Source: Trypanosoma brucei (Eukaryota). From it: a DNA stretch of 64,000 nt. The translations under genes and the position numbers were made by a program. The notes under the pieces are model-generated. The model saw only the letters and a program-made list of their open reading frames with translations. It was not told the origin of the DNA and made no database searches. The stretch covers positions 2,560,001 through 2,624,000 of the forward strand of contig CH464491.1 in the NCBI GenBank assembly GCA_000002445.1, written 5' to 3'. The first letter of the stretch is position 1; each line of letters begins with the position of its first letter. Shown in pieces: positions 42,780 through 53,279 of this stretch.

Positions 42780-43520
42780 TAGGGCAGTCGCCGTGTTTTT
42801 TTTTTTCGGTCACCCCGCGCGTCAACCGGGTCCCGGCTGCGGTGGGGGTTATTGGCACTTGAGCGTTGGACAGATGTCACTTGCCGAGACCGTTTGGGTT
42901 GGTTGGGACGCTGCCTGCAGTTCTTTGCTGCTCTTCGTTGTTCCGGTTGCATTTCACTGCCTCGTTCGCGGTGCTACCTTTGCATCAAGGGGTAAGGCTT
43001 TTGGGAAGGAGGATGGTGTGCTCGCGCGAACCGTGGCCACGTTTTTACCGTTGGTTTCTGTAGTGAAGGTCGGACGGAAGGGGCGCTGGGGCCGGTAATG
43101 TAGTGAGGGCGCGGCGCGGTGTTAACCATTTTGTCTTTTCTGTGGATTCTGGTGCCACCGGCGTAAAAGTTCGTAGGTTTATCGCGCCGGTGGCACCTAT
43201 GTGTGAGTGGGCGGGGGACTTACTGGATCAGGTTCCCCTGCTCTGGCGAGGCTCAGAGGTATGGTGGTGGGGCTTCCTCCCTGAAGGGTGTGCGGCAGCG
43301 ATGGTCCACGTGCGGGAGGTTTCTCCGGGGATGGGTTGGTAGGCTGGTGGGAGAAAATGTGCAGCCCGGCGTTGGGGCGCCCCGAGGAAGGGCTCGGTGT
43401 TTGTGGGTCGTTCGCGTTGCTGGTGTTGCGTTTTCATTACTTTCTTCCAGTTTCCGTTCATAGCAATAGTCCCGAGTATTCCGTTTGTTGTCGTTCGTGC
43501 TTGGTGAGGTTGTTGTGAGC
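42780..43520 (+). promoter_or_regulatory. GT-rich, G-run-rich tract immediately upstream of the first plus-strand gene
   Basis: The plus strand is dominated by G and T with many GGG/GGGG runs ('ggtgggggttattgg', 'gggttggttggg', 'gggcgggggac', 'ggtggtggggc', 'gggttggtaggctggtggg'). It ends ~120 bp before the ATG at 43645. Published work on T. brucei reports GT-rich tracts at pol II transcription start regions that promote H2A.Z deposition. Confidence 0.5.
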
Positions 43521-43644
43521 ATCCGCTTTTTTGTCATTTACACCTCCTATTGTCCACCACTGTTTTCGGTCCTCACTTGTATTCACTTAATCGCTAGAGG
43601 AGACTTAATTATAATATATATTCTTTCCAGCCTTTCCTGAAGTT

Positions 43645-45396
43645 ATGATCCGCGTGTATGTTGCTGCAGTATCTACTATCCTTTGCGCGGTCGCGGAAAG
43701 GCCTGTGACGTATCCGATCCAATGGGATGATGTACCGTTGAAACAGCCACCCGCGCGCGTGCTTTCGTCTCCCTACCTTGGAAGGTGTGCCTGTGATGAC
43801 ACTTGGGGGTCGTGTGACCCAAATTGTTGTTGCGATGATGACTGTAGTGCAAGCGAGCGAAACAAGTTCCACTTTTGTTTGAGGGAAGGTTGGACCAACC
43901 ATACGCTGGAACGTTGCCAACAAAGTTTCACCCCCACAAAGACTACTGTGGGAGAAAGGGGCTATATTAATAAATCTATTATTGGGCACCGTGCTTTGTG
44001 TATCATTAAGTCAAACAACGTGGGCGACATGAGCCCCTTTTTCACCCTTCCAGAAAAGGTTTCGAACCCTTTTGGGGCACACCGTCGCAATCGTCTTGGC
44101 TCTAGCAACCCGAAGTCATACGAGGTGAATGGTATAGTGAACGCTTTCAAAAAGACGGAGTCATCTGACTCGGTGCATGGGTTAAGAAATGCCGGCTTTC
44201 TTAGCATTCCCTCCTCCAGTTGGGATGGGTACTGCGTGCCAAATTCAAAGCAGATCCGTTTTATGAAACCGATAGATTCTACAACATGTATTTATTCCGG
44301 AGAAAGAATTTGTGCTCATTTCCCAACGACGTCGTTTGCGGACTTGCTTTTGGGGAGTGAAGGGAATACAAACCCCAGGGGGCTTATTCCCATAATTCTC
44401 CAGGTTATTGATGATGTGACGGGTGAAATCCTAGCCGACATCGGTCCCGAATCGAGTCTTCCACGGGAGTTGAATAGCGCGGTTAAGAATGGCATATGCG
44501 AAAGGGCTGTCGTCCGAGCTCGGCATTCTATTCTGTACAGTTCTGAAGGAGCAAACTTGTTTATAGTAAATGCAACGTCGCGGTTGTATACTCGCCACTT
44601 GAATACGAATGCTATTGTTTCCTTGCTGTTTCAGATGGAGTTTTTCAAGGCAGGTACCCGCCCCCCTCTTAACTATTTTTCAGGAAATATTGGGTACTTG
44701 TGTGGTTCCCGGATACGGGCGGGTGCACTCGTCGAGGAAGGTGGTAAGGTTGGTATCGCTGAGAGGGTTTCAGGATTTTCTGTCCCGGGGACCGGGGCCT
44801 CTTGCTTTAACCGTAGGTATAGGAAAGTTGGATTTTTACACAGTGTGATAGGTGGTGGTTGCACAGTTCAAATGTCTGAGAGGGAGTTACGGGACATATG
44901 TCGTCAGAACGGAACGGGCAAGCTTTTACGCAGCATTTTGGGTATTGATACCTTAACACTACGCGACTTCGATGATACGAATCCAATCGACCACATAGCA
45001 AAAACTGCAGACGCACACACTAACGACACGTCAAGCTGGTTGCCACTTAGGGGATTGGATTTTGATGACATCGTACCTGAACCCTATGATCTCATCGAAA
45101 GGAGGTGCCGGAATGTTTACGTGGGGCTGAACTACAGTTTTGTGATATCCCAGGTCGGTGCTGTGGGCAATCCTCAAGACGTGATTGTAGGTGCCTTTGT
45201 GGACCCCATTATTGGCTCTTGGATGATCCGTAATGTTACTGATTTTACAATTAACGCCACTTCTACCCAAAGATTTCGGTTTTCGGTGTCTTTCACTAGG
45301 CTAGACCGGCTTACAAACCCGATTGTTGGTCGCAAAGTGGTTTCTCCATCGATTTTCCCGCGTTTAGACGATTCAGTTTTTCACCCCTTTAAATGA
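43645..45396 (+). CDS. Tectonic-like (DUF1619-type) cysteine-rich secreted or membrane protein with an N-terminal signal peptide, a possible ciliary transition-zone component
   Basis: 583 aa. The hydrophobic N-terminus 'MIRVYVAAVSTILCAVA' is followed by 'CACDDTWGSCDPNCCCDDDCSASE', which resembles the conserved tectonic-family motif (C-x-C-D...C-D-x-N-C-C-C-D-x-D-C). The remainder is beta-rich with N-glycosylation sequons. This is the first gene of the plus-strand unit. Confidence 0.5.
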   Translation: MIRVYVAAVSTILCAVAERPVTYPIQWDDVPLKQPPARVLSSPYLGRCACDDTWGSCDPNCCCDDDCSASERNKFHFCLREGWTNHTLERCQQSFTPTKTTVGERGYINKSIIGHRALCIIKSNNVGDMSPFFTLPEKVSNPFGAHRRNRLGSSNPKSYEVNGIVNAFKKTESSDSVHGLRNAGFLSIPSSSWDGYCVPNSKQIRFMKPIDSTTCIYSGERICAHFPTTSFADLLLGSEGNTNPRGLIPIILQVIDDVTGEILADIGPESSLPRELNSAVKNGICERAVVRARHSILYSSEGANLFIVNATSRLYTRHLNTNAIVSLLFQMEFFKAGTRPPLNYFSGNIGYLCGSRIRAGALVEEGGKVGIAERVSGFSVPGTGASCFNRRYRKVGFLHSVIGGGCTVQMSERELRDICRQNGTGKLLRSILGIDTLTLRDFDDTNPIDHIAKTADAHTNDTSSWLPLRGLDFDDIVPEPYDLIERRCRNVYVGLNYSFVISQVGAVGNPQDVIVGAFVDPIIGSWMIRNVTDFTINATSTQRFRFSVSFTRLDRLTNPIVGRKVVSPSIFPRLDDSVFHPFK

Positions 45397-45883
45397 CAAT
45401 GGTGAGTTGCACTAAATCTATTCAGCGAACTATTAACGATATCGCTCGTCCACATAAAGCTGAAACGTCGTTATTGTTATCATTTTATTTTTATTTGTTT
45501 TGCCCTGTAATATTATATTCGAAAACAAGACAAAGTGAGATTGAGTGTTTATTTTCTTTCCTTTTTGCGGAGTCGCGCGTTATTGTTACTTATACTAAAT
45601 AACAATGGCTATTTGGTAATACATATGTGATATGAAGATAAACATGGGCTGATTTGAATATATTTCCCATTTTGCGAAGATCTGCGCAACTGATGATGAT
45701 TTTACCATCACAATATTGGTGAATGATATCGTCGATTTCTACTTTTTTGCGTGATCTTTCTCATCCGCATGCCTGCCTACCGGTACACTTTACCGAGCAA
45801 AAATTATATATGTTCATATAACATGGATGCATATATACATATATATATGTCCAAATACTGATTTGTAAGTAACCACATTAGAA

Positions 45884-46477
45884 ATGCTACGCTGTAGTTG
45901 TGCGCGCCGCCGCGGCGTTTATCACAATGCCCCTAGTGTCTACCCATTTGTGAAACCATTTCACGACACTCCATATGATCAAGACAGGGGACGACACGAT
46001 TCTGTGGGCCAGCGGTACCGCAAAAATAGTTGGCCCGAGTGGATGGATAATGGTGCGGACGGTACTGGCTATGGAATCGGTCTCCACCGCACTCACCCGC
46101 TTTCCAGACTCCGCGGAAATCTCAAAAGGAGCCCCAGCCACGTGCCGCGAGTTTTGGGGATGATGATTCAAGGCGTTTGGCATAAGAGTGGTGTGAAGCT
46201 TTACTTTCGGGGAGGCAAACCCCCAAACCCAAGCGTGCATCCATACTTAACCGGGGAACCGTGCCCTTTGTACGGGTGGAAGGTGACAGATGAATCTGTT
46301 ATAAGGCAATTCAATATGCCAAGCATAGACGGAACTAATTTTAGGTATAAACCTTACGTTGCGTTGCAGGAGAGAAAAATAATGGGAGTTCAAGTTCCTT
46401 CAGATAGCGTATCTCTTGCTTCTGGAAGAACTACAGAGTCGAAACCCTTAGCGAAAAGGCTTTTCTTTTGGCGCTGA
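45884..46477 (+). CDS. Hypothetical protein, with a possible mitochondrial presequence
   Basis: 197-aa ORF. The Arg-rich amphipathic N-terminus is 'MLRCSCARRRGVYHN'. No family recognised. Confidence 0.4.
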   Translation: MLRCSCARRRGVYHNAPSVYPFVKPFHDTPYDQDRGRHDSVGQRYRKNSWPEWMDNGADGTGYGIGLHRTHPLSRLRGNLKRSPSHVPRVLGMMIQGVWHKSGVKLYFRGGKPPNPSVHPYLTGEPCPLYGWKVTDESVIRQFNMPSIDGTNFRYKPYVALQERKIMGVQVPSDSVSLASGRTTESKPLAKRLFFWR

Positions 46478-46751
46478 AAATTCCTTTGTTTTCAAATGTG
46501 TAGACAACAGGTTTTTTGGTGCACACGCTTTTCCCCGGAAGGTGGAAAAAGAATGATGCATCTGACGTGTTGATGATGAGAGTTCCAGATATGAATTTGC
46601 GAAAATCGCTGCGGTATCTATGTATTTGTGTATAATGTCTTTCCTTTCCGTTTTCTTCTGTGGAATAACTTATAAGCTTTTGGCAACCGGTTTGTAAGAA
46701 GGAGGATTTTAAAAAAAAAATCGAGAAGAGGATAGGGGCTGATGCAATCAT

Positions 46752-47927
46752 ATGCTAGATTTTCTCGACACGATTAACAAATACACTTTACGAAGCGGGT
46801 CGGTTACACATATTGGGGGAAAAATTAGCAAAAAATGTGCAGCACAGCTCGTAGGTTCGTTGGTGCTGCAAGGCCGATTGAATCATTACTGTGCAGCATT
46901 GGCTGCACAGTTTATGGTATCTTCTGAGGTTCTCGTTGTCGCTTCGCGTGATGCCGTTCAGGGAATATCATGCGAGGGTTGCACACTAGAACGGCAAAAT
47001 TTATCTTCCGTTCCTGATACGGGGGAGATATTTGGTGTTGCTACAACTGGAAATAATGTAGTTGTTGGTTATAGTGCTGGTGTGGCGATGTTTTCCTGCA
47101 AGTTGGAGTTGGAGAAAATTTATACCTTAAGCGAGTACACTAATAGCATTCTCGGTATTGCGGTTACACCTGATGGAAGCTGTTTGGCCACAGGTGGAGC
47201 AAATGCAATTGTTACGGTATGGTCACGCGATATGAACCCAGTGCATTACCTTGCTGGTCACACAGATTGGGTTCGTTTTGTTAAGTTTACAATAATGGAC
47301 GGCCGCGGATTAGAGTTGTTTAGTACCGGTGACGATGGACTAGTTCTGCACTGGGATCCTCTAGTTGGCACCTTGCTATCAAGAATAGACTTTTTCCACG
47401 GACAGGACATTCATGCTTTTGAGGTGTCGTGGAGAACTGGGCTCATAGGTATTGCACGTGATACCCCGACAATCTGTTTATATAAACCCCAGATTAGTGG
47501 TATAGCGTCTAACCATGCGGTAGGAGCTGTTCGTTTAGAGCAGATCGGACGGATTGATGATGCACATCATTCAGTTCTCACAGCCTTGCGATTCTCTAAC
47601 GACTCTCAGTGGATTGTCAGTGCGGGTGAGGACGAGACGCTTAGTGTCTCATCCGTGTGTCAGCTAAAGAGGGTGTTCGTATGTGAAACGTTTATCGTCC
47701 GGAGGCACTGTATGACCTTTATGAATACTTTTACTTCTGTCTGTGTTCTCGCATCGCCACCTGAATCTTCGGCTATTATCGTTGTTGCATGTGCTACCGA
47801 TGGCACAGTTGTTCAGTGGGTTGTTAACCCTGAGACATTTAAGTGCACCTATACCAAAAAGCTGCAGCTGCATCTCGGGGCTCTTGTATCCATGGATGTA
47901 GTCCGCAGCCATTCCGACTGTCAGTGA
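46752..47927 (+). CDS. WD40 repeat protein
   Basis: 391 aa with WD units ('LATGGANAIVTVWSRD', 'LAGHTDWVRFVKF', 'LFSTGDDGLVLHWDP', 'IVSAGEDETLSVSS', 'ACATDGTVVQWVV'). Confidence 0.65.
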   Translation: MLDFLDTINKYTLRSGSVTHIGGKISKKCAAQLVGSLVLQGRLNHYCAALAAQFMVSSEVLVVASRDAVQGISCEGCTLERQNLSSVPDTGEIFGVATTGNNVVVGYSAGVAMFSCKLELEKIYTLSEYTNSILGIAVTPDGSCLATGGANAIVTVWSRDMNPVHYLAGHTDWVRFVKFTIMDGRGLELFSTGDDGLVLHWDPLVGTLLSRIDFFHGQDIHAFEVSWRTGLIGIARDTPTICLYKPQISGIASNHAVGAVRLEQIGRIDDAHHSVLTALRFSNDSQWIVSAGEDETLSVSSVCQLKRVFVCETFIVRRHCMTFMNTFTSVCVLASPPESSAIIVVACATDGTVVQWVVNPETFKCTYTKKLQLHLGALVSMDVVRSHSDCQ

Positions 47928-48127
47928 CAGGTTTGCGATGTTCTGACCTACCATTTCCGTGAATTTGTTTGTGGTGAAGTAATGGGCGACGAAGGAGCAT
48001 GTATATCACGGAACAAGTTTGCTTATACAATAATATTAAAGCTCGAGTTCATCGATTCTTTTTCCCACTTCTTGACCCCTTCTTCATCTCTTCTCTCTAC
48101 TTGTTTTTTTTCGAAAAAAAAAGAACA

Positions 48128-48490
48128 ATGTCACTTGTGTTGGCAGATGAAGTAGAGGTTGAAGCTCGGCGCATCATTGCATCCCAAAATGCATTTGACG
48201 TTCTTGGTATTTGCCCCACCGACATAAGGTCTGATGCTGTGTTAAGATGCTACGAAACAAAGGTAGGCTTGTTTAGGCGCCTGGTAAGGAACCGATTGGC
48301 AATGGAAGCAAAGGCAAAGTTGGATCATGCGAAAATGTTGTTACTAGACGAAACGCTTCGCGCAAAGGAGTTGGCCAAGTTCAACGAATGCCAGCGGAAA
48401 GACATGCTGACAAAAGAGGAACTGAGGGCTGTTGAAGCGCGGACGAAATTGCTGGAACAACGTGCAGCTGCGCTTCTGCCAGAGGGTTAA
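48128..48490 (+). CDS. Small hypothetical protein (possibly J-domain-like, lacking HPD) with a coiled-coil tail
   Basis: 120 aa from 'MSLVLADEVEVEARRIIASQNAFDVLGICPTDIRSDAVLRCYETKVGLFRRL...'. The ATG at 48128 immediately follows a plus-strand polypyrimidine tract ('cttcttgaccccttcttcatctcttctctctacttgttttttttcg', 48069-48114) and an A-run. The track ORF from 47999 translates that tract and I reject it. Confidence 0.45.
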   Translation: MSLVLADEVEVEARRIIASQNAFDVLGICPTDIRSDAVLRCYETKVGLFRRLVRNRLAMEAKAKLDHAKMLLLDETLRAKELAKFNECQRKDMLTKEELRAVEARTKLLEQRAAALLPEG

Positions 48491-48691
48491 AGTTATGTTC
48501 TTATTTCTCCTTCCCCATTCCCCTTCTTTGATTTTTTTGTTTGTATTAGCGTTTGATGTATTTTTTCGTGCTTGCTGATGCCCTGTGTTTTCTCCACCTT
48601 TCTCCCCACATTTAAATAAAGAAGGTTTCACCCGAAAAGAAGTTACGAGCACACACAAGCGACTCAAACTCTTCCAAAGCAAACATTCAAG

Positions 48692-49003
48692 ATGCAACAA
48701 AGTCTCATTCCTGGACACAACAATAATCGCCACCTCACTGTTGAGGAGATTGAAAACAACATTGGGGGCCTAGCGATTACGGATAACAAGCTCCAAGAAC
48801 TGTTCGACTCACTGGACGTGGAGCGCACTGGCTATCTACCCATTGGGGAAGTAAAGAAATTCTACAAAGGACTCGAGCATTATGGCCTTGAACCAACTGA
48901 CGCTGAGATAGAGAGCGAAATGAAGAAGTTTGCGAAGAGCGACGAAAATTTCATGTCGTACGATGAGTTTTGCTGCCTCATGCTCAGCTTTGCTCAGCGA
49001 TAA
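48692..49003 (+). CDS. Small EF-hand-like protein
   Basis: 103 aa. 'LFDSLDVERTGYLPIGEVKKFYKGLEHYGLEPTDAEIESEMKKFAKSDENFMSYDEFCCLM' has paired EF-hand-like helix-loop-helix units. The first loop is degenerate. Confidence 0.45.
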   Translation: MQQSLIPGHNNNRHLTVEEIENNIGGLAITDNKLQELFDSLDVERTGYLPIGEVKKFYKGLEHYGLEPTDAEIESEMKKFAKSDENFMSYDEFCCLMLSFAQR

Positions 49004-50858
49004 CTGAAATGAAGTCAGCGAAGATATTCAACTTCTTTACCTGTTCAGGGGAGTTTCCAGGGTATGTATACAGGGGAAAAATATACGGCAAAGTGAAGAT
49101 GAACATATCTAAGCAAATGAAACAAAAAGAAAAAAAGAGCTGGGAAGAGGAAGGAAAATGTTGACAAGAAGCTGTAGAATCGAAGGAGTTCGTATTCAAA
49201 TAAAGATATTCGTAACTATGTATTTATGTACAAAGACACCTGCAAGGAGGAAAGAAGAAAAGTTTTCTGTTTAGCAAACTAGAGGGAGTCTGCCGATCGG
49301 ACAGTTCTCTTTTTCCTTTTTCTTTTTAAAGGAAGTACTTCAGCCTCTGAATGGGCCACTGGTGAAAAGAGACCGTCTTCCGCTTTAATGTCACCCTTCC
49401 TAGTTGCAAAAAGGTAATTTTTCATTTGCGGTGAGCGTTTTATATGGCCTGGTGTAAACGAAGTTTTCTTCCCTTTCTAGTTGGTGGACACTTTTCTAAA
49501 GAAGGTTATTAGACAATGTGACGCGTCGTTACGTGCAAAAGATCGTCTCGTCCGAGGCATTTGCGCGGTTCTGGTGGACGTCACCGGCTGTGTCGTGCCG
49601 CGTTTTTCATGATTTGTTACTCGTTTAGGGCAACTTATTGAGTGCTTCTATTTATCAGTAGTCCCAAGTATGCCTTTTGCTTTAGTGCTTCAGACTTCGG
49701 GAGATCGTTGTAGCCTACAGAGGAATACATGCTCTCTGATACCACAACTTTGCGCAGTGGTGGTACCATAGAAACGGCGTTGCGGAGCACAGCCGTGTGC
49801 CCCGTCGGGTGGGCGCATCCATGAATGGGCAACAATACTCAAGCATTAGTCCTCACAGATTTAAAGCACTTGTGCACATGGGGTTGTGTTAACTATGTGT
49901 TGGAGTTCGGTGCACATTTGGGTATGTGTTTTACGTAATTATTGTGAAGTCTGCTCTCCAACTGCCCATACCGCACTTGCAGCTCCGGAGGGGGGGGGGA
50001 CTATCGTCACAATAACATCTAAACTGTAAGAGGGTTGCTTTGTGCCTTCCTATGGGGTCGTGTCAGCGTCAAAATGGTCCGACTAGGTTTACTATGGTGT
50101 TGGCGCAAGCGCTAATGACTTATGTTGAAAGCATGGCTAAGACGTATGCGCGATCTAACTGAGGGTTTATTTTACCAGTGGCGTCTGCATCCAGTTGTTT
50201 TGCTCGTGTGCTTTGCAGACTAGCACCAGGCTCACGCCTAGTGTCCGTGTATTTTCCGTGTTGCAGGCGGCTTTTGCTGTTTTTTGTGCTACATGATCAA
50301 TTTCTCTGTTCTAGCCGTGTTTGCATTCATGTGCACCAAACAGCTTTCTTACCACCGTGCAGAGGTATTCCCAACTGTTCGTAGAGATTCTCTCCCTTTC
50401 TTGGAGCGGGTTTAGTGTGGGTCCCCTAGCTCTGTAAAATGAGAGACAGCGAAATAGCCCAGCACCTCGAGCCAACGTTGCCTTTCCCCATGCGCGTGGT
50501 ATGGCTGATGAATTGAGGAACTGACACATGCAGATCAGTACGTTTGTTAGCGTTTGGCTGCTTTGTGGCACATTTCTCACCCAGCCGGGAAGCGATAGCT
50601 TTTCCTGCGGTTTGAACGAATGCGCCGCATGAAGTCCTTCTTCATCTTCCCAAACAACTTACTTTTTTCGAAACCTTATACGCATGCTTTGTATATCCAA
50701 CTTATAGGAGGTGACACTCTTTTTTTCATTAGGTTGAAAACATCATAGAAGGGTTTAGATATCTCTATTCACCCCTACCTTATTTCTGTTTGCTCACTCT
50801 CCTGCGCCTCCTTTTGAGTTGCTGTTGCGTGTGGCTAGTGTGACCCTCTCTTACGGGG

Positions 50859-52061
50859 ATGGAGTCATCGCTCGGTGCTTACTGTATGAAGGAAGCAATC
50901 AGACAAAGACAGAATGGGTATGTGGTGCCAACATCAGTTGACTCATACGACTTTCACCATTGGGAGCAAGAGGCCCGGCGGCGATGTGGCCTCATTGGAA
51001 GCCAGGGGAATCAATCTGCATTTTTAAGGAAGATCGACTGCGACGCTAACTTACTGGTGGACGAAGTGGCGAAATGCGGGAGGACGGGAGCCAGTCGCAA
51101 CGTGCCCCACTCATTTGGAACGGAGCACGAGTTGACGGCGTTTCTTTCTTCTTTAGAGGTACTGTTGCGTGTGTTCTTCCTTGACAGTTCAAACGAAGCA
51201 CTACTTGTCACCCTCCAGAAGTTCCGTGAGAATTTCACGGATCTGCAGAAGAAGAAGGTCATTGGTCTTGAGTATGGAAAATACCCGGAGATCTACGTCT
51301 TGTACGAGCTGTTCTCACTTCGAAAGTTACTCTTGAACTGGAAGGGAATGACCCCGGAGAACCAAAAGGTGATTACGAGGACAGCAATGAGCTATATGGC
51401 GTACGTAAGGTCACCCGAATACGCAATTCTCGGAGATTTGCTGGGCATGGCTGAGAAGAATTTGAGTTCCGTTGCGGTCAATACAATTAAAATGGTGAAG
51501 TGTTTGGATCAGGCCTGCGGAAGTACGCCCTATGCGTTCCCGCATATCTGCCAATTCGTTCTGTCGTCGGTCTGTCCTCGCCACTCGTGCCCCTCTGGGA
51601 CGTTGACTCTCAAGGGTAGTGCCACCCAGAAAGGTGAAACCACAGGCGTTGACACTGCCGCTACAGCCGATGTCGCGAATCCCATGGCTACAGAGCCTTC
51701 CCACACCCGGAAGCGAGCAAGGAATGCTGATGACGTAACAAAAGGGGAAACGTCCACTGAAACTGATGACCAGGTGGCGGCTGAAAAAAGGCAGCAGTGC
51801 GTCTCCAAATACCATTCTCGCTACTCTGCGGCAAGAAGGTTTGCAAGTAAAGGCTGCCGCTTTTGCGGTTTGTGCCACATGATGGAGATACTTTTCAATG
51901 GATGCAGCCTTGTATGCAACTCTGCCCATGGTCCAACGGAGTGGAAGATATCTTCTAATCTCAAACGATATCCGGAAGTTTGCACCCTGGCCTTACGTCG
52001 CTTTAAGGCAATGCAGCGCGGAGTGGTTCTCAAACCTTGCGAGGACATACCCCTGTCTTGA
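50859..52061 (+). CDS. Hypothetical protein
   Basis: 400-aa ORF with a Cys-rich C-terminus ('CRFCGLCHMMEILFNGCSLVCNSAHGPTEW'). No family recognised. Confidence 0.45.
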   Translation: MESSLGAYCMKEAIRQRQNGYVVPTSVDSYDFHHWEQEARRRCGLIGSQGNQSAFLRKIDCDANLLVDEVAKCGRTGASRNVPHSFGTEHELTAFLSSLEVLLRVFFLDSSNEALLVTLQKFRENFTDLQKKKVIGLEYGKYPEIYVLYELFSLRKLLLNWKGMTPENQKVITRTAMSYMAYVRSPEYAILGDLLGMAEKNLSSVAVNTIKMVKCLDQACGSTPYAFPHICQFVLSSVCPRHSCPSGTLTLKGSATQKGETTGVDTAATADVANPMATEPSHTRKRARNADDVTKGETSTETDDQVAAEKRQQCVSKYHSRYSAARRFASKGCRFCGLCHMMEILFNGCSLVCNSAHGPTEWKISSNLKRYPEVCTLALRRFKAMQRGVVLKPCEDIPLS

Positions 52062-53279
52062 CTAACATGTTTGCTGCGCGCCCACTCGAACGTTTTTGAG
52101 TGTTTGCTTTTTACGTCCCTAAGGGTACTCTTTTTGCATGTTGCGCCGCTTTGGGTCGCTGAACACCTCTCTTCGGTCGTTCTAATATCTGCTTTGTCTT
52201 GCCTTTTTGAGGGTAAGACAGACACGGAGGGCTCACGTGTATTTTAAGGGAGGGGGATGCAGCACCAATTTAGTGCCAATGGAATAGCACTGCTGAACTG
52301 TTGCTTTAGTATTCCTTCGCGGATTCTCGGGGTTCGGTAGTGATACCGCTGGGCAACGCTGAAAAGGGGCATTACTCTTGGGATATCGAAGATGGAGTGT
52401 TTGCGGCCTCGTCTGAGGTGAAGACGAGGAATGTTTCTGTGTGTGCGGAAAAATATAATTACAATCTTCTGTTCCGCACCACCGCAGCATGAATGTGGAT
52501 CTGTTCATATGGAAATGTTTGAGCTGTCGGTGTTTCCAGTGTTTATACCAAATGTGGCCGTAGGTCCCTTTGGGAAATTAGTCGAATGTGCCGCCGTCGC
52601 CACCGTTTGGCGTGGCTCTGTTGGAAGTGTAATGTTGTAGGGTATGTGCTCGACGACACTTGGGCAATTTGTATTGCATCCCTCAGTGATGTGGTGGGGG
52701 GCTGCTTCATTTATGGTACCGCTGTGTTGGGAAAGGCACTTGGTGTCAGACGCTACGGGGGCACAACCGTAATGGATTATTGATTAGTTATCGGGCCATT
52801 GGCTTCGTGCTTGAATGAGGCGGCTGATGTGAGGTGTTTCTACAACTGATGCGACCTGAGTCCCTTTTTGATTTTTGATGCGTGTTGTTGCCGTTCGAAG
52901 TGCGCGGGTCCCCCCCCTCCCCTCCTTTTCCCCTCCAAGAAAGTTTCAGTGTGTATAGCCGACCCAGGGAGGGTCCACTAACCTAACTTCGTTGCTGCTG
53001 CCTTGCTCTTTGCTCCGGTCAAGGCGCCTGTTGCCTCTCTGTGCTAGTCTCGACCTTTAATTTTTGAAGTTTGACGTTGTTAAATCATGTAAATTGGTAG
53101 CGAATGCTTCTACTTCGCGTGAATCTAATTGATGCCCCGTTGCGTTTCCCCCCCTTTTCCGGTTTGCTATACATTGATATTGACCCACTAATATTCCTCG
53201 TTGTATGCTTTCCTTGGGTTAGTGGTTAGTCTTTGTTGCACCACTTGTCCAGACAAATCGTGCGAACTTCCGCCAGCAA

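Larger units (their letters stand above)
36514..43644. promoter_or_regulatory. Divergent strand-switch region, the presumed bidirectional RNA pol II transcription start region between the minus-strand unit (genes at or below 36513) and the plus-strand unit (genes at or above 43645)
   Basis: A 7.1 kb interval has no credible ORF on either strand. Every gene to the left is minus-strand and every gene to the right is plus-strand. The interval contains strand-asymmetric GT-rich tracts, a GC island and homopolymer tracts (see findings). Confidence 0.75.

Noticed and set aside
36514-43644. Looked for tRNA, snRNA, 7SL or spliced-leader RNA genes in the strand-switch region and the long gaps
   Set aside because: By eye I found no credible T-loop/A-box/B-box combinations (for example 'cggattcgac' at ~41200 and 'gggttcaagc' at ~42445 lack surrounding cloverleaf complementarity). 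There is no match to the spliced-leader exon. I cannot exclude small RNAs without tRNAscan-SE or Infernal, so none are reported.
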